DNA of 64,000 bases from Mobula hypostoma (Eukaryota): the NCBI RefSeq assembly GCF_963921235.1, contig NC_086097.1, forward strand, positions 141,982,001-142,046,000, in the 5' to 3' direction. The notes under the pieces are model-generated. The model was given only the letters and a program-made list of their open reading frames with translations. It was not told where the DNA came from and ran no database searches. Shown piece by piece: positions 51,941-64,000 of this stretch (within the stretch, counting starts at the first letter, position 1; every line of letters starts with the position of its first letter). The position numbers and the translations under genes were made by a program.

Positions 51941-53202
51941 TAAATGAAGGAAGTATAACTGGTTCACAAGTGGATTAGACACTAGAAGGGATGTGAGAGG
52001 ATGTGCCATTCGGAACTCTGTAGGCTGTGAACCATCAGGTCATGGTGAGTTAAGGATGAAGCGTCTGGCAAAGAGCGGAGTTTATAGATGGTGTTAAATC
52101 ATGAATTCCTGTGCCAAGTAATATGAAATATCCAGCTCAAATGAATATATGTCTGACTGCTTGCTGAACCCTGATGTCATATTAGTAAACAAAGTTACTG
52201 ACATCTTTGAAGATCTACATAATCACCTCTTGAAAATGCCAAGGACAGGATCTGTTGGGCAAATCCTGTACATTTATCACTGCGAGGCTAATGCATTGGA
52301 AACTATGAAGTATAATCCCATCAACCTCTTGTTTAATAATCACCAAGACCCTTGTCTGTAATGGATCACATTCATTCTTCTTTGGAGTAGTAGTAGACAG
52401 TAGAATGATCAGAGTAGGAAGTCTGCTACTTCACAAGTGATGTTGGAGTATGGACCAAGGAGGTAAATTCCAGATAGAGTTGCACTGGCTGTGGAAAAAG
52501 GAAATTTGTCACTGATCCCTTTCCAATTATATTTGATTGAGCTCAGATTCAGACTTGAATGTGATTCCTGATTTGAGATGAAAACTTTACTGAATTTAGG
52601 TATATATCATGTGAAAGCAGAATTAGCATTATGATACCAGGAACAGGTTGCACAGACTGTTGGTATTCCATGAGCTTCTAACATTGAGGAGTGGCCCTAA
52701 TGAAGTATTTGAAATGATTTAGCTGTTTCCTCTGGTAAAATAACTGAGAATGCAGACAAACAGAGTTAAAATTAGAGAGATGTCATTTACCAGTGAAATA
52801 AGGAATCTCTTATAAATATGGAAGGAATCAGAAATTCTCTCCAAACATGCTGAGTCAGTTGAGATTCTCAAGATTAGCTTAATAAGTTTTTGATAGATGG
52901 GGCTCTCATGGGATATAAAACAAAGACTTAACATCAGAAGAGGTACAGATACTGGTCAATTCTTTCTGTGATGATTTTTAAAAAAAGCTGCAGATGCTGG
53001 AAATCTGAACCTAAAAACAGAAAATGCTGGAAATATTTGGCAGGCAGGTCAGACAGCATCATAATCATGGGTCTCCAATCCGAAATGTTGGCTCTATTTC
53101 CCATTGATTGGACCTCATTAGCATTTTGTATTGTTGGTTTGGATGCCAGGTTGTCCACCCGGGTTAACGTTACAGCTCCTCTTTCTCATGTTTACTTTGT
53201 AG

Positions 53203-53306
53203 CTGAGGCATGGGAAAGTCACCAGAGAGGGGAAATTCAAACCCAACAGCGTGGTCTGCCAGACTAAGACTGGCCAGGTATTACTGCACAGATCCTCTGT
53301 CAACAG
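53203..53306 (+). CDS. DHX30: DHX30 exon (OB-fold)
   Basis: ttgtag|CTG...AAC AG|gtaagt; [34 protein letters not shown]. Confidence 0.94.
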
Positions 53307-54065
53307 GTAAGTCGCTGTATGAGCATGGCTTTAGGAAAGAAAGGTGATCTTTTGTGGAATTGGACAGTATTGATGTTGAATCATTTGATGGTAACTAATT
53401 TCCATTAGGTTTCTCAAACTGAACTCTGCTGAGCTGTGGAATTGGCACTGGTGTCCATAGTTGTTTGCTGTCACTCCTTGTACACGTGCAAGGACTGAAT
53501 TGCTAAAAGAGACCGATATGAGAAATAAATCTAGTTTAGGTAATGCTGTTTTTGGTATAGAAACAAAATAGAATAGAATAAAGGTGTTACCAGCTAATGT
53601 AACCCACTAAAGATGAGATTAGATTCTCCCCTCCCTTTGTAAATTGTGCTCTTGAATCACTGTTCTTGAAATAAAGGATTTTATCATTAAAAGTGTGAAA
53701 TTGTTAAAGTGGTCCACACATAGTAGGGAAGGACATGCCTTGTTTCAATCGGGCCTATGAACAGTAAACCTTTAAGTACCTCTGCTGGACATGGCAAACT
53801 GCTATTTGTACAGATTGTTATAAAATTATTCAGCATCTTGTAAAGGGCAATGAAGGATGAGAGTGTCATCTATTGAGAATTTTCTTTGTGTGGTTAAAGC
53901 GTTAAACTAAGGTCCTTTTCCTGGGGAAAAAATATTAAAGGTAGTGTTGTAATCCAGAAAGGGAAAGGGTCTTATTCAGCATTTTTATAGATCCCGCATA
54001 CCGTCCAGAATCAGTTGGAAACTATTCATCTCTCTCTGCTAAGGCTGTTTGCAATGCATTTTCAG

Positions 54066-54205
54066 GAATGAGGAATCATTTAAGAGCCGCTGGATGACCT
54101 ACTTCACAGCTGTGAAATCCAATGGAAGTGTCTTTGTTCGTGACTCCTCCATGATCCATCCAGTCGCTTTGCTCTTACTCCCAGATTGTGATATCCGTGT
54201 CAAGG
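54066..54205 (+). CDS. DHX30: DHX30 exon (OB-fold)
   Basis: tttcag|G AAT...AAG G|gtaagt; [26 protein letters not shown]. Confidence 0.95.
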
Positions 54206-54339
54206 GTAAGTGTTGTGGAGAGCCTTTTGCATTACATAATATAGCACGTGGGAAGGCCCTGAAAATGGATATCCCACTGAAACTTCTTGCTGATGGGTGA
54301 ACTGGTTATTCACTGAGAAGCTAAGAGGTTATAAACCAA

Positions 54340-56370
54340 AATAAGGTTCACACTTTATCTGCAGATATAGTAGAGCCATGGGGAGGTGCTAGAAGATTGG
54401 AAAACTGCAAATGTGACTTCCATTTTCAAGAAGTGTGGACTGGGAACTGAGAGACAAAGAATAGAAGCTAACAGGCCATTCAGCTTTAATATCTGTCACT
54501 GGGAATATACTGAGTATACTCAAGGAAGAAATTGCTAGTCATTTAGGGAAGTTTAACATAATCAAACCGAATCAAAGGGGTATCATGTTTGCTGAAGTTC
54601 TTTGAGGATGTAACAAGTAGAGCAGCATATTTAGACTTTCAGAAGGCTTTTGATAATGTGCACAAAAATGGCTAGTGCACAGGAGTTCATGATATTGGGG
54701 AAAGGGTATTAACATGAACTGGTACACAGAGAAGGTTGGAGTGAATGTTTTTCTTCAGACCAGAAAGATATGACCAGGGGAATGCCCCACAGATCATTTA
54801 CTATATTAAGGAGAAAAAAATAATTGTTACTCCAGATATGATACAGCACAAAAACTGCACAAGATAAAGAATACAATAATAATTTTTAAAAAACAGTAAA
54901 TATAAATACAAAAGCTAGCTTATATACAGTTGATTGTATGTCCATAAAGTAAGGCTATACTCAAGGTGACGAATGGGAAACAATAAACTTGTGGTGGGTT
55001 AGTGGCTGGGGTGTTGATCAGTCTTGCTGCTTGGGGAAAGCAACTGTTTTTGAGTCTGGTGGTCCTGGGGTAGATGCTACTTGGCCTTCGCCCTGATGGG
55101 AGTGGGATAAACAGTCCATGAGCAGGGTGGGTTGGATCCTTCATGATATTCCTGGTCCCTTTTCCAGAACCTTTCTGTATATATGTCCTTGATGGTGGGT
55201 AGGCTGGTGTCAGTTAATGTGGGGGGGGGGGGTTAAGTTCTGACAATCCATTGTGGAGCCTTCCTGTGTGCTGCAGTGCATTTCTGTACCAAGCACTGAT
55301 GAACCTTGTTAAGGTGCTCTCTACTGCGCATCTGTATAATGACTTGAATGTGGATGTGCAAATTCCAGCTCCTTTCAGCCTCCTCAGAAAGTAGTGGCAT
55401 AGATGTGCTTTCTTGATTGTGTAGGATGTGTTCTGGGACCATAAGTGGTTGTGTGTGATGTGCATGCCCAGCAGTTTGAAACTGCTTGCAGTTCCCCCTG
55501 CTATGCCGTTGACGTGTGAGTGGTGCAAGTTCTCCTGAAGTCGATAACTTGGTTGAGAGGGTGGAACATAAGTTTACTGATGGCAGAAAAATAGGTGACA
55601 AGTATGCTATACGAGGATATTTGGATGCTGCATCAGGATATAGGTTAGCTGCATGGATAGAAAAAAATCTTGGCGATTGAGTTTAATGTAGGAAAGTATG
55701 AAGTGATGTACTTTTGGTCGGAGGAATCAAAAGGCAGACTGCAGTTAAGTGAAGAATAACTGGTCTAGATGTCCTTGTACATGAAGCAGAGTTAGCGGGT
55801 ATCTGCAAAAATAATTAAGAAGGCAAATGTTGTATTGGTCTTTATTGCTGTGGTTTGGGAGCTTAAAAATAGAGATGTACTGTTATAGTTACAGTTGACG
55901 AGGTCATTCCTGGAATTTGGTACAATTTTAGTCCCCAAATTTAAGAAAAGATATAGAGGCATTCCCGAAGAGATACACTAGATTAATTCCAGGGTGGAAA
56001 ACTATCACAAATAGCTAAGAAAAGCTGGATCTACATTCCTTGGAGTTTGGAGCAATGAGTAGTGATGTTATTAAGCTTTAAGATCCTAATGAGCCATTGT
56101 AAGAGGGATATTGAGACGTATCTTCTAGTGTAGGTATCTCAAATGGGGAAACATAATTAAGATAAAAGAGCAGTCATTTAAAACTCAGGTGAGAAGATTC
56201 CTTCTCGCATAAGATAGTGAATCTCAAATTCTCTACACATAGAGGGTTGTAGCGGGTATATCACTGGAGGTATTTAAAAGAGATAGAGCTATGGTGGGAC
56301 TGGCACAAAAGGATTTGAGGCTTGGTGCAGATCTGCCCTAATCACAGTGAATGGCAGAACAGGCTGATAC
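54340..56370 (+). mobile_element. old CR1 LINE interrupted by a Rex1-like fragment
   Basis: DWKTANVTSIFKK, YLDFQKAFD, KFTDG remnants on both sides of 54810-55540. Confidence 0.7.
54810..55540 (-). mobile_element. Rex1/Babar-like LINE 3' fragment
   Basis: SSFKLLGMHIT...YFLRRLK...YRCAVESTLT; KDPTHPAHGLFIPLPSGRR...RLKNSCFPQAARL. Confidence 0.8.
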
Positions 56371-58340
56371 TGATCTTGTGTTCTTTGATAAGAGCTTTCT
56401 ATATTGTAGACCTACTGTCTGGCCTGGAGCAAAGATGTAGCATGCTCTATACTGTGAAGATACAATGACTGTTCATATTTTAGATGTATTAACTGATTTT
56501 GGGTTTGGAATGGCTCTACTTTTATTTTGCAACATGGATACGTACCGAGCATGATCAATATATATTGTCTATTCTAACAGTTCACAAGTAGATGGAATTG
56601 ATCTGCTGACCTGAATCACTAAAGTCTTGCTCCACTCTCAGTGCATTTGAATAGAGTCCCACTGTTTTATGAAAGGATTGTGAGGACAAGATTTATTTAC
56701 ATTTTGTAAGGAAATCAGGTTGTTTAGAGGGAGAGAGAGAGAGTTTAAAAGTGAGTGGGGCAGTCGACCATTTTATGCACCATGGTTCCCGAGGAGCCAT
56801 CAGATTTCAGACAGACAGAGAGAGAGATATTTATTTATATTTCAGAAGAAGTCAGTGCAGACATTTGGCAAGGGCCAATAAAAAGAAATTAGGTTTAAGC
56901 ATAGTGGGGAGTTGAGGCTTTGGCTGGTCAAGGCTTTTGTGAGTGGAGACGTAGACCATAGGTAGATTTCTTTTTCGTTATTTATTCTTTATTTCTTATT
57001 GCACATATAGAGCAGTGGGGATGCTAGGCAGGATAGTGGAATGCTCCTCTTATGGGATGTGGGAAGGCAGGCAGACCCCCAGTGACACATAACTACAAGT
57101 GAAAGAAGTGCTCCAGCTTCAGCTTCTAACAGACCGTGTTAAGGAGTTGGAGCTGGATCTGGATGAACTCCAAATCATTTGGGAACCTGAGTTGATAAAC
57201 ACAACATACAGGGAGGTAGTTACAACCAAGGGGAAGATAGCCAGTGCAGAGAACCCCTGTGGCTTTTCCCCTCAACACCAGACATACTGCTTTGGATACT
57301 GTTTGGTGGGGGAGGGGGGGAGAAGAAGAATGAACTTGCAAAGAAAAACCACAATAGAAAGGTCTCTGGCACTGATTCTGGATGTATGGCTCAGTGTAAG
57401 GGGGAACAAGAGGCAAGTTGTGATAGAGGATTCATTTGGTTGGGAGAACTGAAAGGAAGCTCTGGGAACAAGATTCCCAGATAATATGTTGCCTCTCAAG
57501 TGCCAGAGTCAGAGACATCTCACATTAAGTCCCCAGCGATCTTAAGTGGGAGAATGAGTAGCCAGAGGTCGCCGTCCATGTCGTTTCCAATGACGTGGGT
57601 AGGAGGGGTGATGAGTTCCTGCAAAGGGAGTACATAGAGTTAAGTGCTAAGTTAAAGGACAGGATATCCAGGGTTGTGATCTCAGGATTGCTACCCACGC
57701 CATGTGCTAGTGAGACCAGAAACAGTAAGATCATACATGTGGCTAAGGAGATCGTGCGGAGAGCTGGGGCTTTAGATTTTTGGATCACTGGGCTCTTCTA
57801 GGGAATGTGAGACCTGTATAGAAGGAACAGTTTGCACCTGAACTTGAGGGGTACTAATATCCTAGTGGGAAGGTTTGCTAGTACTGTATGGGGGGGGGGG
57901 GGGAGTTAAAACTGGAGTTGCAAGGGGATGGGAACCAGACAGCCTGGAAAAACAGTAGAGCAGTAAGATGTTAAACCTCCATACAAAGTCAGGAATCAAA
58001 AGGTCAAATGGATGTCTTACATCTGTATTTATTCAGAGATGGACACATAGTCTATAGATATGAGGCAATACAGCAGTGAGGTTATGGACCAAATACAGAT
58101 TACAGAGGAGGAGGTGTTTGCTGTCTCGAGACAAATGAGGGTGGATAACTCCTTAGTGCCTGCCAATATTTTCTGTCAGACCCTGTGGGAAAATAGTGCA
58201 GAAATTGCAAGGGCCTTAACAGATATATTTAAAACAATCTTAGCCACAGGTGAAGTGTCAGACGATTGGAGGATAGCTACTGTTGTTCAGTTGTTTAAGA
58301 AGAGCTCTAAGAATAAGCCAGTGAACATGACATCAGTAGT

Positions 58341-58460
58341 CTCGGCCTGAAACATCGACTGTACCTCCTCCTAGAGATGCTGCCTGGCCTGCTGCGTTCA
58401 CCAGCAACTTTGATGGGTGTTGCTTGAATTTCCAGCATCTGCAGAATTCCTCGTATTTGC
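58341..58460 (+). mobile_element. Penelope terminal fragment, young
   Basis: TSD ATGACATCARTAGT (58327-58340, 58461-58474); closely similar to 1671-1882. Confidence 0.85.
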
Positions 58461-59410
58461 ATGACATCAATAGTGGTATTCAAAGGGACTATTTATATAA
58501 GTATTTGGATCGCAGGGACTGATTAGGGACAGTCAACATGCTAAGTCGTGTCTAACCAACCTTAGACTTTTTCAACCAATTTACCAGGAAAGCTGATGAA
58601 GGCAAGGCAGCAGCTGTTGTCTATATGGACCTTAGCAAAGCCTTTGACAAGGTCTTTCATGGGAGATTGGCCCAGAGGTTGTCATTTGGCATTCAAGATA
58701 AGGTGGTAAATTGGATTAGACAGTTTGTGGGAGAAGCTACAGAGTGGTAGTTGATGTTTGTCATCCATATCAATGATCTGAATGAAAATGTGGTAAACTG
58801 GATCAGCAAATTTGTGGATGACACCAGATTTGGGGGGTATAGGGGACAGCAAGGAAGACTATCAAAGCTTGCAGTGGGATATAAACCAGCTAGAAAAATG
58901 GCAAATGGAATTTAATGCAGATAAGTGTGAGGTGTTGCAATTTGGAAGGACCAACCAGGGTAGGTCTTACACACTGAAGATAGGGCACTGAGAGGGTGCT
59001 AGGAGAGAAGGATCTGGGAATACAGATCCATAATTCCTAGAAAGTGGGATCACTAGTAGATGGGGCTTATTGGCCTTCGTAAATCAAAGTATTGAGTACA
59101 GGAGATGGGATGTTATGTTGAAATTGTGTAAGACATTGTTAAAACCTAATTTGGAGTATTGTGCCCAGTTTTGGTCAGATACTTGTAGGAAAGGTGTAAG
59201 TAAGATTGTAAGAGTGCAGAGAAAATTTACAAGGATAGGGCTGGGATTTGAGGAACTGTATTATATAGGAAAATATTGAATAGTTAGAGACTTTATTCCC
59301 TGGAATGTAGAAAATTGAAGGGAGATTATATGGAGGTATACAAAATTATGAGCGGTATATATAGGGTCAATAGCTGAAACTACAACACGGAAGTTATGGG
59401 TTAAGGGGAA

Positions 59411-60279
59411 CATAGAAACATAGAAACATAGAAAATAGGTGCAGGAGTAGGCCATTCGGCCCTTCGAGCCTGCACCGCCATTTATTATGATCATGGCTGA
59501 TCATCCAACTCAGAACCCAGCCTTCCCTCCATACCCCCTGACCCCTGTAGCCACAAGGGCCATATCTAACTTCCTTTTAAACATAGCTAATGAACTGGCC
59601 TCAACAGTTTGCTGTGGCAGAGAATTCCACAGATTCACCACTCTCTGTGTGAAGAAGTTTTTCCTAACCTCGGTCCTAAAAGGCTTCCCCTCTATCCTCA
59701 AACTGTGACCCCTCGTTCTAGACCTCCCCAACATCGGGAACAATCTTCCTGCATCTAGCCTGTCCAATCCCTTTAGGATCTTATACGTTTCAATCAGATC
59801 CCCCCTCAATCTTCTAAATTCCAACGAGTACAAGCCCAGTTCATCCAGTCTTTCTTCATATGAAAGACCTGCCATCCCAGGAATCAATCTGGTGAACCTT
59901 CTTTGTACTCCCTCTATGGCAAAGATGTCTTTCCTCAGATTAGGGGACCAAAACTGCACACAATACTCCAGGTGTGGTCTCACCAAGGCCTTGTACAACT
60001 GCAGTAGTACCTCCCTGCTCCTGTACTCGAATCCTCTCGCTATAAATGCCAGCATACCGTTCGCCTTTTTCACCGCCTGCTGTACCTGCATGCCCACTTT
60101 CAATGACTGGTGTATAATGACACCCAGGTCTCGTTGCACCTCCCCTTTTCCTAATCGGCCACCATTCAGATAATAATCTGTTTTCCTATTTTTGCCACCA
60201 AAGTGGATAACTTCACATTTATCCACATTAAATTGCATCTGCCATGAGTTTGCCCACTCACCCAACCTATCCAAGTCAC
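59411..60279 (-). mobile_element. CR1 LINE, young, same subfamily as 27050-28385
   Basis: 254-aa open frame 59510-60274; (TTCTATGT)n tail; about 97% identical by eye. Confidence 0.95.
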
Positions 60280-60636
60280 AAACATGAGGGGAACTTCCTC
60301 ACTCAGGGTGGAGAGTGTGGCTACTAGGGCAAGTGGTGGATAAGGGGTTGATTTCAACATTTAAGAGAAATTTGGATAGGTACATGGATGGGAGGGGTAT
60401 GGAGGGCTATGATCTGGGTGTGGGTCAATGGGACTAGGTAGATTAATAGCTTGGCCCAGACTAGATGGGCTGAAGGACCTGCTTCCAGGTACTTGTCAGC
60501 ATGGTTTTCTGTGTGGGAATTCAGGTCTCAGATTTGATTGATATTTTTGAAAAGGTCCTACATGATAGATTGGTCCAGAAGCTTAGAACAGATAGGATCT
60601 GGGGTGAGGTAGCTAGATAGATACAAAAATCATATA

Positions 60637-60716
60637 CAGTTGCAAGAAGTTTGTGAACCAGTTTCAATTATCTGGTTTTTTTGCATTAATTACTCATAAA
60701 ATGTGGTCTGATCTTT
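60637..60716 (+). mobile_element. isolated Tc1 TIR fragment
   Basis: TA then CAGTTGCAAGAAGTTTGTGAACC, matching the terminus at 42037. Confidence 0.7.
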
Positions 60717-61024
60717 TTCTTGCAAATAATTTGGATGAAAATGCTTATGAAGTGGAGTGAACAGCACAGTGGAAATAGAAATCTGGGATCTTTTAAACAG
60801 TTACAAACTGCATCTGCTACATTTCAGTTGTATGATAAAAATGCCTGCGAGTTACTGATCTTGGTTTGATAGAGGGACTAAATTTGCTGAACACACATTT
60901 TAAGAGATTATTGGCAAAAGCAGCTCAGCACTGTCTTAAGTTTGGATAATGAAACTCTTAAGTATTTACTAAGTAAAGGCCTCAGACTCAGCATCTCTTA
61001 AATTTATCTTTAATCCTTTTTCAG

Positions 61025-61251
61025 AGGATGGTAACTCTATGCTGCTCACCCTGGCTGACTCCAGTCTCCTCCGGCTTGAACTGGACTCTGATACTGCACA
61101 TCTGCTCTACAGATTCCGCATAGCAGTACACAACATGATAGAAACCTGCTTGTGCCACGAACTGCCAGAACTTCCGTCCAACTTGCGTATAGAGCATGAT
61201 GCGGTGTTGTCATTACTCGTAGAGCTCTTGAACTGCTGGCCATCAGAATGA
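61025..61251 (+). CDS. DHX30: DHX30 terminal coding exon
   Basis: tttcag|AG GAT...GAA TGA; LADSSLLRLELDS...LLVELLNCWPSE*; the 15 exons sum to 2881 nt (1 nt plus 960 codons including the stop). Confidence 0.93.
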
Positions 61252-61449
61252 ATGGTTCACTTGGAAAATGGGAGGTTGACAGGCATCTGAGCATATATAT
61301 TATTCTGTATCAGAATTGCTTCGTGCATTGTACAAAAATAGCTGATGTGTTTAATATTTGTGGAGCTCAAATGCACTCACCTCTTCAACATTTCTTTGAA
61401 GTAATGGACTGAACAGTCAGTGATTTCATAATTTATAGCTGTTGTACAG

Positions 61450-61455
61450 AATAAA
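61450..61455 (+). promoter_or_regulatory. candidate DHX30 polyadenylation signal
   Basis: First AATAAA seen after the stop, about 200 nt downstream, followed by T/GT-rich sequence. Confidence 0.55.
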
Positions 61456-64000
61456 TTATACATAAAACTAATCAGAAAATTTTCTCAAGAATCATGAAAA
61501 TTTGGAGAATGTTTTTGTACAGGCAGTAGTGCCTGATTGCCATGATTTACATTTAAATTTTATGTAGTCAACTTTTGTACTTGTCATTATTTTTGCCCTG
61601 CTCCACCTTTATTTCTAAGTTTGTAGCCTCTTGATCTCTTCACAATTAGTTTATCTTTTTCATCAACAAATTTAACAACCAAAATTGATCTGAAGGCAAA
61701 GGTTTATGAATTAAAAACTGAGGACCCAGCATCACGCATTGGGACACATCACACCAACTAGAGAATCCTACTCCACTTTTCCATTTATCCAGCCAATATT
61801 CTTCCCATAGCAGTATGTTACCTATGAAAGGGAAAACTTCTATTTTCCACATTAACCTTTGATACAGCATCTTATAAAATGCCTTAGTGGATCCACCTTT
61901 TATGTACAGCTCCAATGACCAAGTCAAATATCACTTTCCTTTCCTAAAACCATGTTGATTATCTTCATTTACTCATCAATTTGAATACAAGTTAATATTT
62001 TCCCCAGTAGTTTCCATCTTTCTGGCTCAATCCCATCTTATTTATGCATCATTCTTTTTACGTGCACCAGAAGAGAAATGGATCTAGACAATTTTTTTGT
62101 GTATTGAAATATTTTCTTAAAATTCAATCCTTCCATTTCACCTTCTCCCAAGACAAGAACATGAAGAGCTGAACTGCTAAAAAAAACTCTTTACAACATT
62201 AAAAGGCAACATGCAAAATTTCCCATGATACTTTATTTATGCACAGTTATGCTTCTGTAGAGACTCAGTCAAGAATCTGGTTTTAGGATTGGATACCAAA
62301 AGTTTTATAGAACATTGTATTTGGAGACAGCCAGGGGATTTTTAGGCTAGGGCAGCAGATGGTCTAAAAGCACATTTACCACCGACAAGATGAGGAAATT
62401 AAGTAATGAATAAAAGATCAAGGGTGGAAACAAGAATAAAGTTAACTTCAACACCAGAATGTTCTCTTTTCATGCTAATAACCCAGGTGAACATATGGTG
62501 CAAACATTTATTCAAAGGCAAAATACTGTTAATCTCACGAAGGCCCTTAGACTCATTAATGTCCCATAGCAGCATTCCCAATAGCTCTGTTCCCCCTTTC
62601 CTTTTGTCTCTGTATCACTGCAACTGTTTGCTCACACAAATGCACATAAATTTCTCTTGATTCTTTCAGCCAATAACCTGCACTTAAAATGTCTACTGTA
62701 AATTAGCTCTAACAGCAAGTCTGAGATGTTGGGGGAAAATCGATATGCTCATGGGGAGAACATGTAAGCTGTGCAGATAGCATCCAGATCCCTGAAGCTG
62801 AGATACAAAAGCACTAGCTATTGCACAACCCAGACTGGAAATCTGAAACACTGAATGCTTGTTTGTCGGGACACAGCAGAGACCAGCAGCCGGCTTGATA
62901 GCAAACCACTCAGAACAATGAGTTGGACCAATAGAAACGTGAGTATTTGCCAGAAACAACACTCTTTTGCAGACTGATTATTTCACCTTGACAGGTGATG
63001 AACTGTTTGCGACCTAACCAGCAGGCTCGGCAAACAACCCTATAAACTAGCAGCCAACCTCTCCTTCATTTCAACAGGAAATACTCGTCATCATGGCAGA
63101 GAATCAACTTTTTTGTTGAAATCCATTCATTGTTATAAGTTCTGTCATTATTCTGACACGTTAGCCAATTTTCTCATATACTGCCAAATGTAATTGTTTT
63201 TCCCTTGAGCATTAAGGGAAATCACCACCATACCAAGCCCATGGGGGCGAATGCACTCCAAAATTGTGAAAACACAAAATGCATACAAAGCTAACATCAA
63301 CATTTAAGCTTTATTTCAAACCTTTACTTGTACAATAAGGACCAAACAATGGGAATTGAATTTTGCCACAATGATGTTGCTTATTAGCGGCCAAACAGCA
63401 AAGCGAGAAGAAAGTTTCCAGAATATTAAATGTGTGCAAGGACGATAGCAGCAGTGGAAATTCTGTACCATTTTGTCCCAGGTACTCACTGCTGCAGCCA
63501 GTTACTGTTTTTACAATCCATTTATAGATTCCAAAAAAGCCTCAAAAATCAACTTGTATTCAGTAACAGCGTACTTTTTCCTAAAAGTCTCACTTCTCAT
63601 CTGAAAATGTAAAAATGACAATTTTTTTGGGGGGGGGGGGAATAGTGCCTCAAACTTATGTTCTGTGACTTTAGTGGACGGATACTTAAAGCTTCAAACT
63701 ATTTCAAAGAAAGATGATAATTTAATGAAAAATAGCCCCAATGAATTTTGAAAGTGTTCTAGCAAAATGAACTGAAATTTCAAGGCCGTTAAAGCCTTCC
63801 CCACTTAAAAAAAATTGGTAGAGAAAATTTATGAAAGACTTCTTTAAAGAATAAAGGTGATTAGCATAAACTGCTAGACAAATTTGCCTACTGACTGCTG
63901 GTTCTAAATGCACCTCAGGGGAGAGGAAAATTTTGGGAAGCAAGAGAAAAGCAAAAAGGAGGAAAAGAGAATGAGAAGATAAAAGTGGAAGGGACAGCGA

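Larger units (their letters stand above)
56880..60480 (+). mobile_element. CR1 LINE with ORF1 (coiled coil and SGNH esterase-like) and deleted ORF2; hosts two insertions
   Basis: QLLTDRVKELELDLDEL; VHVVSND, VVISGLLPTP; DWRIATVVQLFKK; KFVDDT; LEYCAQFWS. Confidence 0.82.

Noticed and set aside
54206..61024. Intronic snoRNA or mirtron in DHX30 introns
   Set aside because: No convincing C/D or H/ACA box arrangement with terminal stems seen by eye, and no short hairpin intron; a covariance-model search was not possible.

Overview
Vertebrate genomic DNA, most likely a cartilaginous fish (inferred from the repeat families, not provable here). The window holds the 3' 15 coding exons of DHX30 (DEAH-box RNA helicase) on the + strand, 17992-61251. 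All junctions are GT-AG and phase-compatible, giving about 959 aa in one frame; the upstream exons lie outside the window. The introns are packed with transposons. The first 17.8 kb is a nested cluster: a full-length L1 (- strand, 9-bp TSD) holds a Penelope-type 78-bp hairpin and a second L1 with a near loss-free twin-priming inversion (13-bp TSD). That second L1 holds a young Gmr1-like Gypsy LTR element (863-bp LTRs, about 98.7% identical, tRNA-Pro PBS, SCAN-like Gag, collapsed but open pol). Elsewhere are CR1, Rex1/Babar, RTE, Tc1/mariner and Penelope elements (with hammerhead-ribozyme remnants), tRNA-derived SINEs, a solo LTR, and a 34-bp minisatellite built from the Penelope GIY-YIG coding motif. 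No prokaryotic features and no CRISPR array.
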